From: Flectonema sp. DT1601
Lineage: Eukaryota
Assembly (NCBI GenBank): GCA_964019425.1
Contig: OZ025799.1
Span: 558,001-622,000 of the forward strand
DNA length: 64,000 nt
Direction of reading: 5' to 3'
In this document: piece by piece, positions 46,499 to 55,892 of the stretch
Numbering within the stretch: the stretch's first letter is position 1
How the letters are laid out: every line of letters starts with the position of its first letter
Notes under the pieces: generated by a model
What the model saw: only the letters and a program-made list of their open reading frames with translations
Database searches by the model: none
Told to the model about the DNA's origin: nothing
Position numbers and translations under genes: made by a program

Positions 46499-49400
46499 AT
46501 GAGATTAAAGTACCTATGCTGCCTGTTGCTGTGGTTTGTTCTCGGGGTTGATGGGACCTGCAGGCAGAGGAAGGACTGGCCGGGACAAGTGTTACAAATG
46601 TGCGGAACATTAGTGTATCCAGCAAATATAGAAAGTTGGGAATCTGTCTCTCAAGCTATCAGTTCAAAGCTTCAAGAAGTTAGACGGTTGTTGGATGCTA
46701 CTCAAATGGTAAGCGCTGAGTGTTTAGAAGCTCTCCAGAAAACTATTTGCATTGCTCATATCCCAGGATGCACATCTACTGATAAACCACTTCAGGGATG
46801 TCTCTCTCACTGTGTTGCATTTAGAGATGCCTGTGCCGCTCCGTTGTCAGCAGCAACGACATTTGCGACTAGAGCTACGTTGGATTGTCGGCTTTGGACT
46901 TTTGGAAATACTAACTGTCCATCTTTTGAGAGAGAAGCTCCCTGTTTGACTTCGATTATGTCTCAAACATCTAATATGGTTTCATTTGAATCTCAGCCAT
47001 CAAAGTGTCTAACTCCTCCAGCTGAAAATAACAGAGAGATTATCGACAGAGAGCGACAACCAATCGTCACTGACTATAAAGTTCAAGACAAAACTTACGC
47101 ATCGTTCGTTTGGGCAATTGCTTTGGTTTCTGCTTTCTCATTCTCACTCGCATTCACAACTGCCATCGGAAAAGTCAGGCGAGACGGAAGCAAAGACGAA
47201 TACACATTCTCTGAAAGAATAGTTTCAATCAGGTTCTGTGCTCAGATTGTAAATTTATTCTTATCAGCATTAATTGCTTTGGCTGTTTTCTATGTCGCCA
47301 CAGCACAGTCTGAAGAAGATCTAAAACTAACCTTCAGCAGAGTAAAAGATTCACAAGAAATGTTATTTGCTCAATCCAGAACAACAGGATCAACTTTATC
47401 AAACAGATACTTACAAGAAGTATGTAATGACGCCTCAGGTGGTATTAGAGTGGTATTGAATGAAGTAAAGTCTTCACACATTCAATCTCTCGTTAGATAT
47501 ACATCTTTACCAGCTGTTAGCATAACTGATGTCTTACAATCGGCTGTTGATTCAATAAGACTCTCATCAGATAACACTAATGTTAAACAACTTGGTGTTG
47601 TAACTTGGAATTCTACCGCATTCGCGAGACTTGTCACTCGAACTTCAGCGAACTTATTAATTGGAACTGTCGCTTCTAATAGACAGCACATTGGATTGTT
47701 CGGAAGCACTTCATCATCTGAACCAGTCTTCTATCCAGAACCTATTTCCTCAATGACTCCAGTCTCAGCTGTTGGCCTTCCCTCATCACAATATTGGACT
47801 AACAATACGGATTTTGCTAGGCATTCAATCTTAAGTTCAGTTCCTATTTGGGACTTCAGTTCAATTCAATTTGGAGCAGCAATTATAAGCGTCGCAACGT
47901 CAGTTAACAGTGACTTGGGATCTTACATAGTTGAAAGAACTATTTTAAGCTCACAGCTTAATAGGATATTAACAGATATAAGTTCTCATACATTTCAAAA
48001 TACGAGAATAGTGATGGTTGGACAAGGACAACAAGAGGGACAGGTGCTGGCCACATCACATGGTACACTACTCGATAGTGATGGGACAAGACATACAGAA
48101 ATCCAAAGCGCAGATGATGAAGTCTCCCGTGTCTTAGTAAGTGGAATGCTTCAACGGTATGGAAGCATCTCTCAAATATCGATGAGAAAGCTTACCGAAC
48201 TCACAGAAATCGATTATAAGAACGATCCCTATTTAATCAGAACACTTTCATTCACAAATTCAAATATCAGGGCAGTCATATTTGCTATGGCCCCCCTAAT
48301 GGAATTACAAGGAGATTATATAAAGAATAATCTCCTTATCCGAGACAAGTATAACAATGACATACAAGATGTTCACCAACAAGAAAAAGACTCTCATCGA
48401 TTTCTTATATTAGTATCCGTGTTGTCAGTTTCGTTGTCGTTGTTGCTGTCTCTGGTTGCTGCAAATATATTTACCACTGCGCTCTTTACAATGATTGATG
48501 ACCTTCGTGATGTTAGTCGGCTTCACTTAGATCGCGCTCACAAACGACAACAGCAACAGAGACAATCAAAATTCCTTGAAGTCCGTGAAATCCAAAGCCA
48601 CATTAAAACAGCTGTTCAATGGCTCGTAGAATACAGACGAGCTTTCCCTTCCCTGGCAATCGAACAACGGTCACGTGCTAATAAAAAGGATGATTCCGGA
48701 AGCGATTTTGACGACAACGAGACCACCTCATCAAATGATTCAGATGAACTTGTAATGCAGGAACAGAGTTGTAGAGTTCGAGTAACGTACATATCCAGAA
48801 GTTTACTAAAAAAGGCAAAGCTAAAAAAACCCAGCGGAGATGCAGAGAGTCCAACCTCAAAAGACGTAGCGTCAATAGCCACAAAGAGAAGCGCGACTTT
48901 TGACTGGCACTATAACCCAGCAAAAGCCTCACTAACTGATTTACTAAAAGAATGCAGAGCTGCTGTGGGAGAACCTCCTGGAGAACCTTTGTCATTAGTG
49001 GCTATCCCGAATAACAGCAATCCTACTGAGAGTAACGAAGAATATCCTTTAGTCTTTAGTCACCATTTACAAGATTATCTTCGGCTACACCCCGATGAGA
49101 TTTCTCTTGTTTGTAAAAAAGCATCAAAATTGAACCTGTTAGCTCCACTTACTGCGATGGCATCCGTGTTTGGTAAAATCGGATTAATATTCGTCGTCTT
49201 CAGAATGTTTTGGACTGGAGATGCTAGTGCTGCCCGACTAGCATCCGTATTGGTGGCTACTTTAATTGCTTCGTTTACTCTAAACATTATTTGGTCGTTC
49301 AAATTGAATAAAAAAGCAAACGACTCTGATGAACACATGTCTGACTGGACCAGTCATTTCCAAACAGAAACAACTGTCGTGATGGTTTTGTGTGGATTTA

Positions 49401-51220
49401 ACATTCAAAACATGTTAGTATTATGGTCGGGGTTACGTATAGGAAAACTATTACGATTTCACGCACCGATGCCGAGGAGGATTAGGAATCAGACGATCAG
49501 ATGGTCGATGTTTTCTCTCGTAATTGGAGACTTACTACCACTTATGATTACTCTATTCTATTTAGGAGAAACAAGTAGAGACGGTTGGAATGATCTTTTA
49601 ACTGAGGCGACTGTTGGGGTTCAATTGGTAGCAATTTTATCATCCTCTATTAAGAAGTTTGTTGTATTTTGCCTCTTAGATGATGAAAAGGAAGAACGAG
49701 ACGAACAAACAGCTGAAGAACGACGCAGAGAAAAGACTCGCAACGCCGTTTTAATGCCAACCCTGTTGACATTCGTTCGTATTCAGATAGCTGATGTGTA
49801 TGAATTAGAAGGGAAATGTGAACCAAAAGAATTAACGCTTTTATTAAATGCGTTTTATAAATTAACAATGCAGGCTTTGGTTGCTCATCAAGGAATTGTA
49901 ACTCACTTTGCGAATGGTGAAGTTCATGGTGTTTTTAATTATCCAATGGAGTTGGAAAGCCATGAGCAGGATGCCTGTAATGCAGTGTTTGAAGTTTTAA
50001 TAACTCCACTTCCTGTTGAATGCCTAGGTCACTGCAAGCAATCATCGTGGCTTCGAACAAGTATCGTAACTGGTGAATTCCAAAAAGGAAGTCTTGGAGG
50101 ACCAGGTCGAAAAGGTTTTCACTTCATTGGAAAACCAGAAATTCTATCGCGAGCCTTATGTTCCAGATGTTCTGAATTAGGAGCTCAGTCACTTATAAGT
50201 TCTGCGACATATCAAAATGCACTTCAAGATGCTAGCATTGCAAAACAATATTTACTTCGAAAAGTTGAAGTAATCAGACTATCAGGAACTCTTCAACAAG
50301 AAGATGTTTACCAACTAATCCCTTTGGAACTATATCCAAAACAAGTTGCTTCATTGATGTCTTCGTACGCGGCTTTTTTCGACGACGTATTTAGTCGAAA
50401 AGCCCCCGACGATGCGCTATCAAGAATGAGACGATACATTCATGAGGGTGAGAGAATGGGATACTTTGATGCTGCGGGTAATAAACTTATTAAATCTTTA
50501 GAAAAGGGAATCGAGGAAGACCTTCCTCACTACGTGTGTGGATGTGGAGAATCAAAGGAGATCTCATTATCATCTCATCACAACAACTACAACAACAGAT
50601 TCTCTGACTCATCTGGTTACAACATGTTATACCCTCCTGATAGTCAAAGTGACAGTCCTCTTCGACGAGGAAATCAAAGATGGAATCGAAGACAACACAG
50701 CAGCATTAACACAGGTGAGATGGATGACACAGTAAGTACTCCAGGTACTGATCAAAGTGGATCAGAAGTTAAGGTTGGTGACGTTGTTGAAGTAATTAAC
50801 ATGCCTCCACCTGATAATGAACTGAATGGTCAGAGAGGTAAGATAACAAGAATTAATGGAGGTAATCACACGGTACTTATATCACCTGACTATGAAGCAG
50901 TCGTTGCTGGGAGATATTTATCAAAACTTGAACCTTCTTCGATTCCATCACCGACAGTAAGATCTCCGCTATCTCCTGGAGGAGATTCATTTTGTAGTGC
51001 TCCATATCCGATTTCATCACGTTCAGAACGATCTACGAACAGAGTGTTACAGTCGGCTATTGCAAAGTTGGGCATCACCGGGTCTGCTAAATCTAATCCA
51101 TCGACGCCTCTCTACCCACCTCGCAGGAGGAGTCGGCGTACCGGGTTATTCGACTCCAGCAACGCAGAAATTCAAATGCTCGCTACCTCTGGTGTTAATA
51201 TTGTTCATCATGCGACATAA
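46499..51220 (+). CDS. Receptor-type multi-pass membrane protein: signal peptide, Frizzled CRD, 2 TM, Cache-like extracellular region, TM, HAMP-like, ~5 TM, degenerate class III nucleotide cyclase domain, KOW/SH3-like tail
   Basis: 10-Cys Frizzled spacing at 46559-46918; hydrophobic helices; SKFLEVREIQ...LVEYRRAFP HAMP/linker; cyclase-fold pattern at ~49770-50320; VKVGDVVEV...LNGQRGKIT. Confidence 0.85.
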   Translation: MRLKYLCCLLLWFVLGVDGTCRQRKDWPGQVLQMCGTLVYPANIESWESVSQAISSKLQEVRRLLDATQMVSAECLEALQKTICIAHIPGCTSTDKPLQGCLSHCVAFRDACAAPLSAATTFATRATLDCRLWTFGNTNCPSFEREAPCLTSIMSQTSNMVSFESQPSKCLTPPAENNREIIDRERQPIVTDYKVQDKTYASFVWAIALVSAFSFSLAFTTAIGKVRRDGSKDEYTFSERIVSIRFCAQIVNLFLSALIALAVFYVATAQSEEDLKLTFSRVKDSQEMLFAQSRTTGSTLSNRYLQEVCNDASGGIRVVLNEVKSSHIQSLVRYTSLPAVSITDVLQSAVDSIRLSSDNTNVKQLGVVTWNSTAFARLVTRTSANLLIGTVASNRQHIGLFGSTSSSEPVFYPEPISSMTPVSAVGLPSSQYWTNNTDFARHSILSSVPIWDFSSIQFGAAIISVATSVNSDLGSYIVERTILSSQLNRILTDISSHTFQNTRIVMVGQGQQEGQVLATSHGTLLDSDGTRHTEIQSADDEVSRVLVSGMLQRYGSISQISMRKLTELTEIDYKNDPYLIRTLSFTNSNIRAVIFAMAPLMELQGDYIKNNLLIRDKYNNDIQDVHQQEKDSHRFLILVSVLSVSLSLLLSLVAANIFTTALFTMIDDLRDVSRLHLDRAHKRQQQQRQSKFLEVREIQSHIKTAVQWLVEYRRAFPSLAIEQRSRANKKDDSGSDFDDNETTSSNDSDELVMQEQSCRVRVTYISRSLLKKAKLKKPSGDAESPTSKDVASIATKRSATFDWHYNPAKASLTDLLKECRAAVGEPPGEPLSLVAIPNNSNPTESNEEYPLVFSHHLQDYLRLHPDEISLVCKKASKLNLLAPLTAMASVFGKIGLIFVVFRMFWTGDASAARLASVLVATLIASFTLNIIWSFKLNKKANDSDEHMSDWTSHFQTETTVVMVLCGFNIQNMLVLWSGLRIGKLLRFHAPMPRRIRNQTIRWSMFSLVIGDLLPLMITLFYLGETSRDGWNDLLTEATVGVQLVAILSSSIKKFVVFCLLDDEKEERDEQTAEERRREKTRNAVLMPTLLTFVRIQIADVYELEGKCEPKELTLLLNAFYKLTMQALVAHQGIVTHFANGEVHGVFNYPMELESHEQDACNAVFEVLITPLPVECLGHCKQSSWLRTSIVTGEFQKGSLGGPGRKGFHFIGKPEILSRALCSRCSELGAQSLISSATYQNALQDASIAKQYLLRKVEVIRLSGTLQQEDVYQLIPLELYPKQVASLMSSYAAFFDDVFSRKAPDDALSRMRRYIHEGERMGYFDAAGNKLIKSLEKGIEEDLPHYVCGCGESKEISLSSHHNNYNNRFSDSSGYNMLYPPDSQSDSPLRRGNQRWNRRQHSSINTGEMDDTVSTPGTDQSGSEVKVGDVVEVINMPPPDNELNGQRGKITRINGGNHTVLISPDYEAVVAGRYLSKLEPSSIPSPTVRSPLSPGGDSFCSAPYPISSRSERSTNRVLQSAIAKLGITGSAKSNPSTPLYPPRRRSRRTGLFDSSNAEIQMLATSGVNIVHHAT

Positions 51221-51625
51221 ACTTACCGCGCTTTTGGACAGTTATTTTCGTTGATCTCATTCACCAAGTCAAGTGTGAATTAGTTTTCGTAGTAGCAGGA
51301 TGTTATCCCCCTTTAGCTTTTTAGTTAAAATCGACTTACGGTTTGCGCACAAAGCAATTCAGATTTTCAAATGCTTTACTTCGGTAGTGATGTCGCTTGC
51401 TATGCGATTTAAAACTTACCACGCTTTTTGAATAGTGTTTTTTTTTTTTTTTTTTTCATTGCCTTTCGTTTACCGATTAGGTGTGAATTGTTTTTCGTAG
51501 TAGCAGCACGAAAGATCAAACGATCAGACTTACGGTGTCGTGCACAAACAATTCGGTTATTCAAGTACACGCTAACTCTGGTATCGTTTATAACAACTTA
51601 AACTTACCACGTGAGTGTGAATTCT
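51159..51625 (+). repeat. Degenerate ~195-bp tandem repeat (about 2.4 units) overlapping the end of the receptor CDS
   Basis: Recurring CAA..C.G...TTCAA at 51159/51354/51548, AAACTTACC near 51219/51412/51600, GTGTGAATT three times and TTTTCGTAGTAGCAG twice. Confidence 0.8.
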
Positions 51626-52004
51626 CATAGGAGATTGGTAGTCTCCTTTTTTTAAATTATTAGTATTTTATTTTTACATATAAACCTTGCTAACGGTATC
51701 AAAAACAAACAAACAAAACAAACAAACAAACAAAGAAAAAAAAAGAACGAAAATACATTTCTTTTTTTATCGGCGTAAGTATAAACCAAAAGCTGATGCG
51801 AGTTACTTGAGAGCTACGTGTCAATCACACAATGCGTTTATTGCGGATCCTGCTTGCGCATGGGCAACATGGGTTCCCACCAGATTGCTTTTTTTTCTTT
51901 TTCCTCTCTCTTTCAAATGTTGTTACTTTCTGCGGGTTTTTCAGTCTGTTATGGTGTGTTGTGGGAATACTTTTCTTCTTTTTTTTTTACCTCACTTGCG
52001 AATG

Positions 52005-52037
<33 letters not shown>

Positions 52038-54329
52038 GGTTCGTTAAATAGTTTTCGTCCACAATAACTTTCGGCAAAACAAAATATTGTCATGTAGTAT
52101 GCCCCGTGCCGAAGCTAACAAAATAATACCCCGGTATCAGGTTCAATGTTCTATCGCAATATTTTTGGCCCTGAAGAGCTACCAAGTTCTCCTTTGGCGT
52201 CGTGCCTGGCGGATACTCGGGTAGATTACATTGTTATATTTTTTTTTATTTTTTTATTTTTTACAATAAACTCATACTTATGTTGTCATCAAAGAAACTC
52301 TTGGATTTTCAGATTTAAGACGAAACCGTTTTTTTACTTTTTGCATCATGTCTTATTTTGTTATGTCGAACAATCGGCATCAGCTGTTTCTGCTAAGTGA
52401 TTCAGTCTATTATTTTTGTTTTTTTTTGTAACTTTTTGTCTGCCTTTGTCTTGATTGCACACATAAAGGTCTTCCAATCGCTTTTTCTGGAAACCGGAAA
52501 AAAAAAAAATTAAAAAAAAAAAATTTGATGAAAAGAATTCAAAACCCAATAAATTAGACCGGAAACACCGGTAATCTGTGGGATTAGATATGCTGTGGTT
52601 CTTTGATTCTGTATTTTTCCCCTTTCCCGAGATGCAAACCTGTACCGTTACAATTGGCGTGGCTCACTTCATAGGGTGGAATAGCTAAATTGTTGCCTCC
52701 TGTTTTTATTTTGTCTTTTCGATGAGTCCTTTCATTTTCTTTAAAGAAAGTTCGTCATACGGGATGATACTGCTGTAGGTTTTTTTTTTTTTATATTTAC
52801 TTTTCTGACTTTCGGGCTGTTTGGTCTGAAAAAAGTGAAAAATGAAAAAAAAAAAAAAAAAAAAAAAAAAAGAAGAGTGTTTCAGACTCTTCCCTATTAA
52901 TGGATAACTTTCCCGATGGACTTTTGGCATCGTGTATATTTATTTATTCACAAATTTCAAATTATTTTTTGTAATTAAATGCCTAATCTTTTCTTGATTA
53001 TTTATTCCTCTTTCTTAACTCTTTATTTGTGTGTTACCGTTATGTTTAATGGTGACATACATATTTTTTGCCTCAGAAAAAAAAATTGACTTACGAACAT
53101 AAATGTTTCTCGTTTTTTTTTTTTTTTTTTTTTTTCAAGCCATATTCCGATATGCTGGAAAAAAAAAAAAGAAAAAAATAACAATAAGTAAATAAAAACA
53201 TCATATCTCCGATGAATTCTCTTCGGTAATTTCATGGCACCCCTTTTTAGTTCGCTTTTTTATTTTTAATTTTAATTTTTAATTTTTTTCCTCTCTCCCC
53301 TTTTTTTTTTGCTTCTTCTTCCTTTGAGCTGGAATTAACAATCAAGCGCCACTGCCTTAATGGAAGTGGTTTAAATTTCATGCTCACCCATCACAGCACT
53401 AGTGCTTACTGTTTTCCGTGTGTTCTTCTTCTGTTTTATGCAAATCGTGATTGCGGAGGGAGAAGTGAAAAAAAAAAAAAAAAAAAAAAAGACACCACAG
53501 GTAGTGTGCTGCGTCTTTTTTCTTTTTTTTGACGTTTCCTTTCAAAGAGAAAACGTTGGGTAAACTTCTGCTTTTTTCTTTTTGATTCATCCCCTTAAGA
53601 TTATAATATTCAATAAGTAATGAACCAGACTGACTTTTTTTTTTGGTTTACAGTGATTCCCTCGATTTATGCGACGCTATGTCGGCCTTCTGAAAAAAAA
53701 AAACTGATGTGAGGAATGTTTACAGCTGCAAACAAAAAAAAAAAAAAAAGAATTTAATATTCTTATTTTTCTATTCGAATTTTCTGTACAGGTCAAAGGG
53801 ATACTATAAAAACGTAACCCTTGGCGTGTTTGTTTCTTCTTTTTTTTTTTGCACCAACGAGGTCAGAAAATGAACTATTTAGATCCAGAGCCGTTATTGT
53901 TTATTTATTTCCTCACGTGCAGCATTGCTGGCTGCGATTAAAACATAAGGCATCTGAATTATTCTCGTATTTCAGATTGATTGATTCTTTTTCATTCTTT
54001 TTTCGTATTCAGATTGGAACTCTTTTTTTTTTCTTGTTTCTTCCATTCTTTCCTCTTTGCTCCGATTCAAATTGTTATAAATTTGTGTGATAATTGTTAT
54101 TTATTTATTTATTCTTTTTTTTTTTTTTTTTTCTTTCTTTTTAGTTTTTTTCTTTTTACAGCACGAGACGCAAAACCCTACACGCTTTTAGCGTTAGATC
54201 TTACATAAAAGAAGGAAAATAAATATCTGCAGTGGCTTTATTCCTTCTCACGACTCATATTCCTGAGTAGTGGGTTCCTGTGTGCTTCAGGCTGTGAGGG
54301 AGTTTTTTTTTCCCCACCCCTTTTAATAA

Positions 54330-55167
54330 TGCAATATCAAATTACCCCCCCTCTTTTATTATGTACGTCAATTGCAGTGTGTTGCATACACCGACATTCG
54401 CCATAGTCACTGTAGTCACTGTATCTAATACTAATGCTAACTTATCGTTATGTTGTTTATAATACAGTGCATTTGTATTTTACGTACAAAATAGAACAGT
54501 AGTTGAAGAAAGAACATTCCAGTCCTGCAAACTGGAATGACTCAGTCTCAACATTTGACTGACTTACTTCTACACCATACTGATGAGAGAGAATAGAGGT
54601 AAGAGGTATATAGATTACTCTCGAAACCTAATAGTTACTTTATTATGCTAAGTTAAGCATCACCTTTAGTCACTGTATCTAAGACTAAAGTATTATCTTT
54701 ATGTTTTTATGATACAACACAGTTGTAGTTCTTACAAAATCGAACATACGCCCCCCTCTTTTCCCAGTAGTGTGCTACGAACTAGCAATTTTTGCTAACA
54801 TATTTTTTTCAAAGAATTGTTGATTTTAAGCAAGTAATTTGTAGGTGAAACCTACACTCTGCCGTATTACATTATACCCTGGTTTTGGTTTCCCAGGGCT
54901 CACGATTAATTCAAAATTGAATAACTCGATTCCGTACTGCACTGAATGACACGGAAAAAGAGATGTGTATGCAGCTAAGTTAGAAACATTTATTATAATG
55001 TAAAGTATTTACGTCAATCGCAGAGTGTATACCTACACCAACATTACCTTTAGTCAACTGTATCTCAGAACTAATGTTAAATTATCGTTATGTTGTTTAT
55101 GATACAGTACATTTGTATTTTACGTACAAACTCGAACAGTTAACCCCCCCCCTCTTTTCTTTTCCTT
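54330..55167. repeat. Dispersed structured non-coding repeat, copy B (54767-55167) plus two upstream partial tandem copies of its 3' module
   Basis: Matches 29401-29985. The 3' module (TAGTCA.CTGTATCT...TTATGTTGTTTAT.ATAC...TTGTA....TACAAA) occurs at ~54410, ~54665 and ~55050; C-tract CCCCCCTCTTTT at ~54345, 54751 and 55147. Confidence 0.85.
54580..54627 (+). ncRNA. Hammerhead ribozyme-like core (probably degenerate)
   Basis: CTGATGA, GAGAG...CTCTC (stem II), GAAAC; stems I and III are not convincingly formed in cis. Confidence 0.35.
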
Positions 55168-55233
55168 AAAAAAAGAAAAAGACGAAAAAAGGGCTATTTC
55201 AAGCAAACAGGCAAGTTGTTTTTATTTTTCTTC

Positions 55234-55300
55234 TAGTGCAAGCCATCGGCTTGCACTGATTACGTCCCTGTCGTTTTTGTACACACCGCCCGCGCCGTCA
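55234..55300 (+). rRNA. Orphan, slightly degenerate SSU (18S) rRNA 3'-region fragment
   Basis: GTGCAAGCCATCGGCTTGCAC hairpin followed by TGATTACGTCCCTG..TTTGTACACACCGCCCG, the universally conserved SSU ~1390-1405 region. Confidence 0.9.
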
Positions 55301-55892
55301 TTGCTGCTTATTGGTAGTCTTTTCTTGTGTTGCTGTAAAGTAATCAAGAAAGTGTTGAACCGAAAAGCTATGTAGGTTGCTAATGAAATTATCCTTTAGA
55401 GGTTTAATTTTCTACCGCGGCGGTGGCTTGTTGGACTCGCTCACTTAAATATAACTTAAGCACTGTTAAGTCTTGAAATAGTTTACTTTTCCTTGTTTTG
55501 ATATTGATTTCGCATTTATTTGCCATTAAAATTGTTTAAATATTTTTATAACTTTTTATTTCATACTGCTTCCTTAACAGAGCTCTTAATGAGAGCACCA
55601 AACCAACTCTGTCTATGCTTCGTGTTACATAGTTAGTCTTATATAGCTATTTTCTCTTTTTTTTCTTTTTTCTTTTTTCTTTTTACTTCTTTTTTCCCGC
55701 TTCTTTCCTCTTTCCTCTTTTTGTGTCTGTTACTGTTGTCATGACTGTTTTTTTTTAAAAAAAGTTTTGAATGATATTAATTTTATCTCTCTTTTCAGTG
55801 AAGGTGAATAATAATAATCGTGCACATGCGAGAAAGGTGAGAAGAGATAGAAAAGCACATCCCTCTTGTCATTAAAAAGAATTGAAGTCAAA

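Noticed and set aside
51219..51610. U1 snRNA genes (AAACTTACC resembles the U1 5' end)
   Set aside because: The motif overlaps a stop codon inside a tandem repeat, and I see no U1 stem-loops or Sm site.
52106..52595. Bacterial 16S-like words GTGCCGAAGCTAAC and GGGATTAGATA
   Set aside because: Only 11-14 nt, in the wrong order relative to 16S and without flanking similarity; likely chance.
54841..54855. GTAGGTGAAACCTAC as 18S helix 45
   Set aside because: It is not conserved in the other repeat copy and lacks the downstream GGATCA; kept only as a reason to test an rDNA origin for the repeat.
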